Assembly (NCBI GenBank): GCA_964035545.1
Contig: OZ037766.1
Location: 4,640,722-4,704,721 of the forward strand
Length of the DNA: 64,000 nucleotides
Direction of reading: 5' to 3'
Origin: Bugula neritina
Lineage: Eukaryota > Animalia > Bryozoa
The notes below the pieces were generated by a model. The model saw only the letters and a list, made by a program, of their open reading frames with translations. It made no database searches and had not been told where the DNA came from. This document shows positions 63,872-64,000 of this stretch, one piece after another. The position numbers and the translations under genes were made by a program. Every line of letters begins with the position of its first letter. The stretch's first letter is position 1.

Positions 63872-64000
63872 GTATGCCATCTCTTTCTCAACACCACATT
63901 TGTCAGGTGTATCAAGGTATGCCATGTCTTTCTCCAACACCACATTTGTCAGGTGTATCAAGGTATGCCATGTCTTTCTCCAACACCACATTTGTCAGGT
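63844..64000. repeat. 45/46-bp tandem repeat copying the myosin exon end plus splice donor
   Basis: caacaccacatttgtcaggtgtatcaag|gtatgccat.tctttct units start at 63844, 63889, 63935 and 63981. Confidence 0.95.

Noticed and set aside
63844-64000. CRISPR-like array
   Set aside because: Units are contiguous with no unique spacers, the context is eukaryotic, and the repeat derives from an exon end.

Overview
AT-rich, intron-rich animal genomic DNA, probably a lophotrochozoan-type invertebrate (inferred from gene content, not proven). Gene models were spliced by hand using GT-AG boundaries and phase checks. They are: (-) a corin-like type II membrane protein (FxNPxY tail, TM, SEA, mucin, FZ, FZ, 5xLDLa, EGF, FZ) that runs off the left edge; (-) DUS4L; (+) a DCAF4-like WD40 protein; (-) a 147-aa secreted Gly/Tyr-rich orphan; (-) a 353-aa atypical opsin, probably a xenopsin; (+) SAFB/SLTM; (+) FoxK; and (+) a dachs/myosin-XX-like motor with a frameshift and missing exon(s) that runs off the right edge. 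The most striking non-coding feature lies in opsin intron 3. It is a partial tandem repeat with a 261-nt period, carrying two identical minimal type I hammerhead ribozymes and embedded in (TA)n, i.e. a candidate retrozyme/Penelope-type element that would release a highly structured 261-nt circularisable RNA. Also present are tRNA-headed SINEs, hAT-type and TA-TSD MITEs, a 76-nt near-perfect palindrome, and a recurrent pattern of tandem duplications that copy splice sites. All homology statements come from recalled family motifs; no searches were run.
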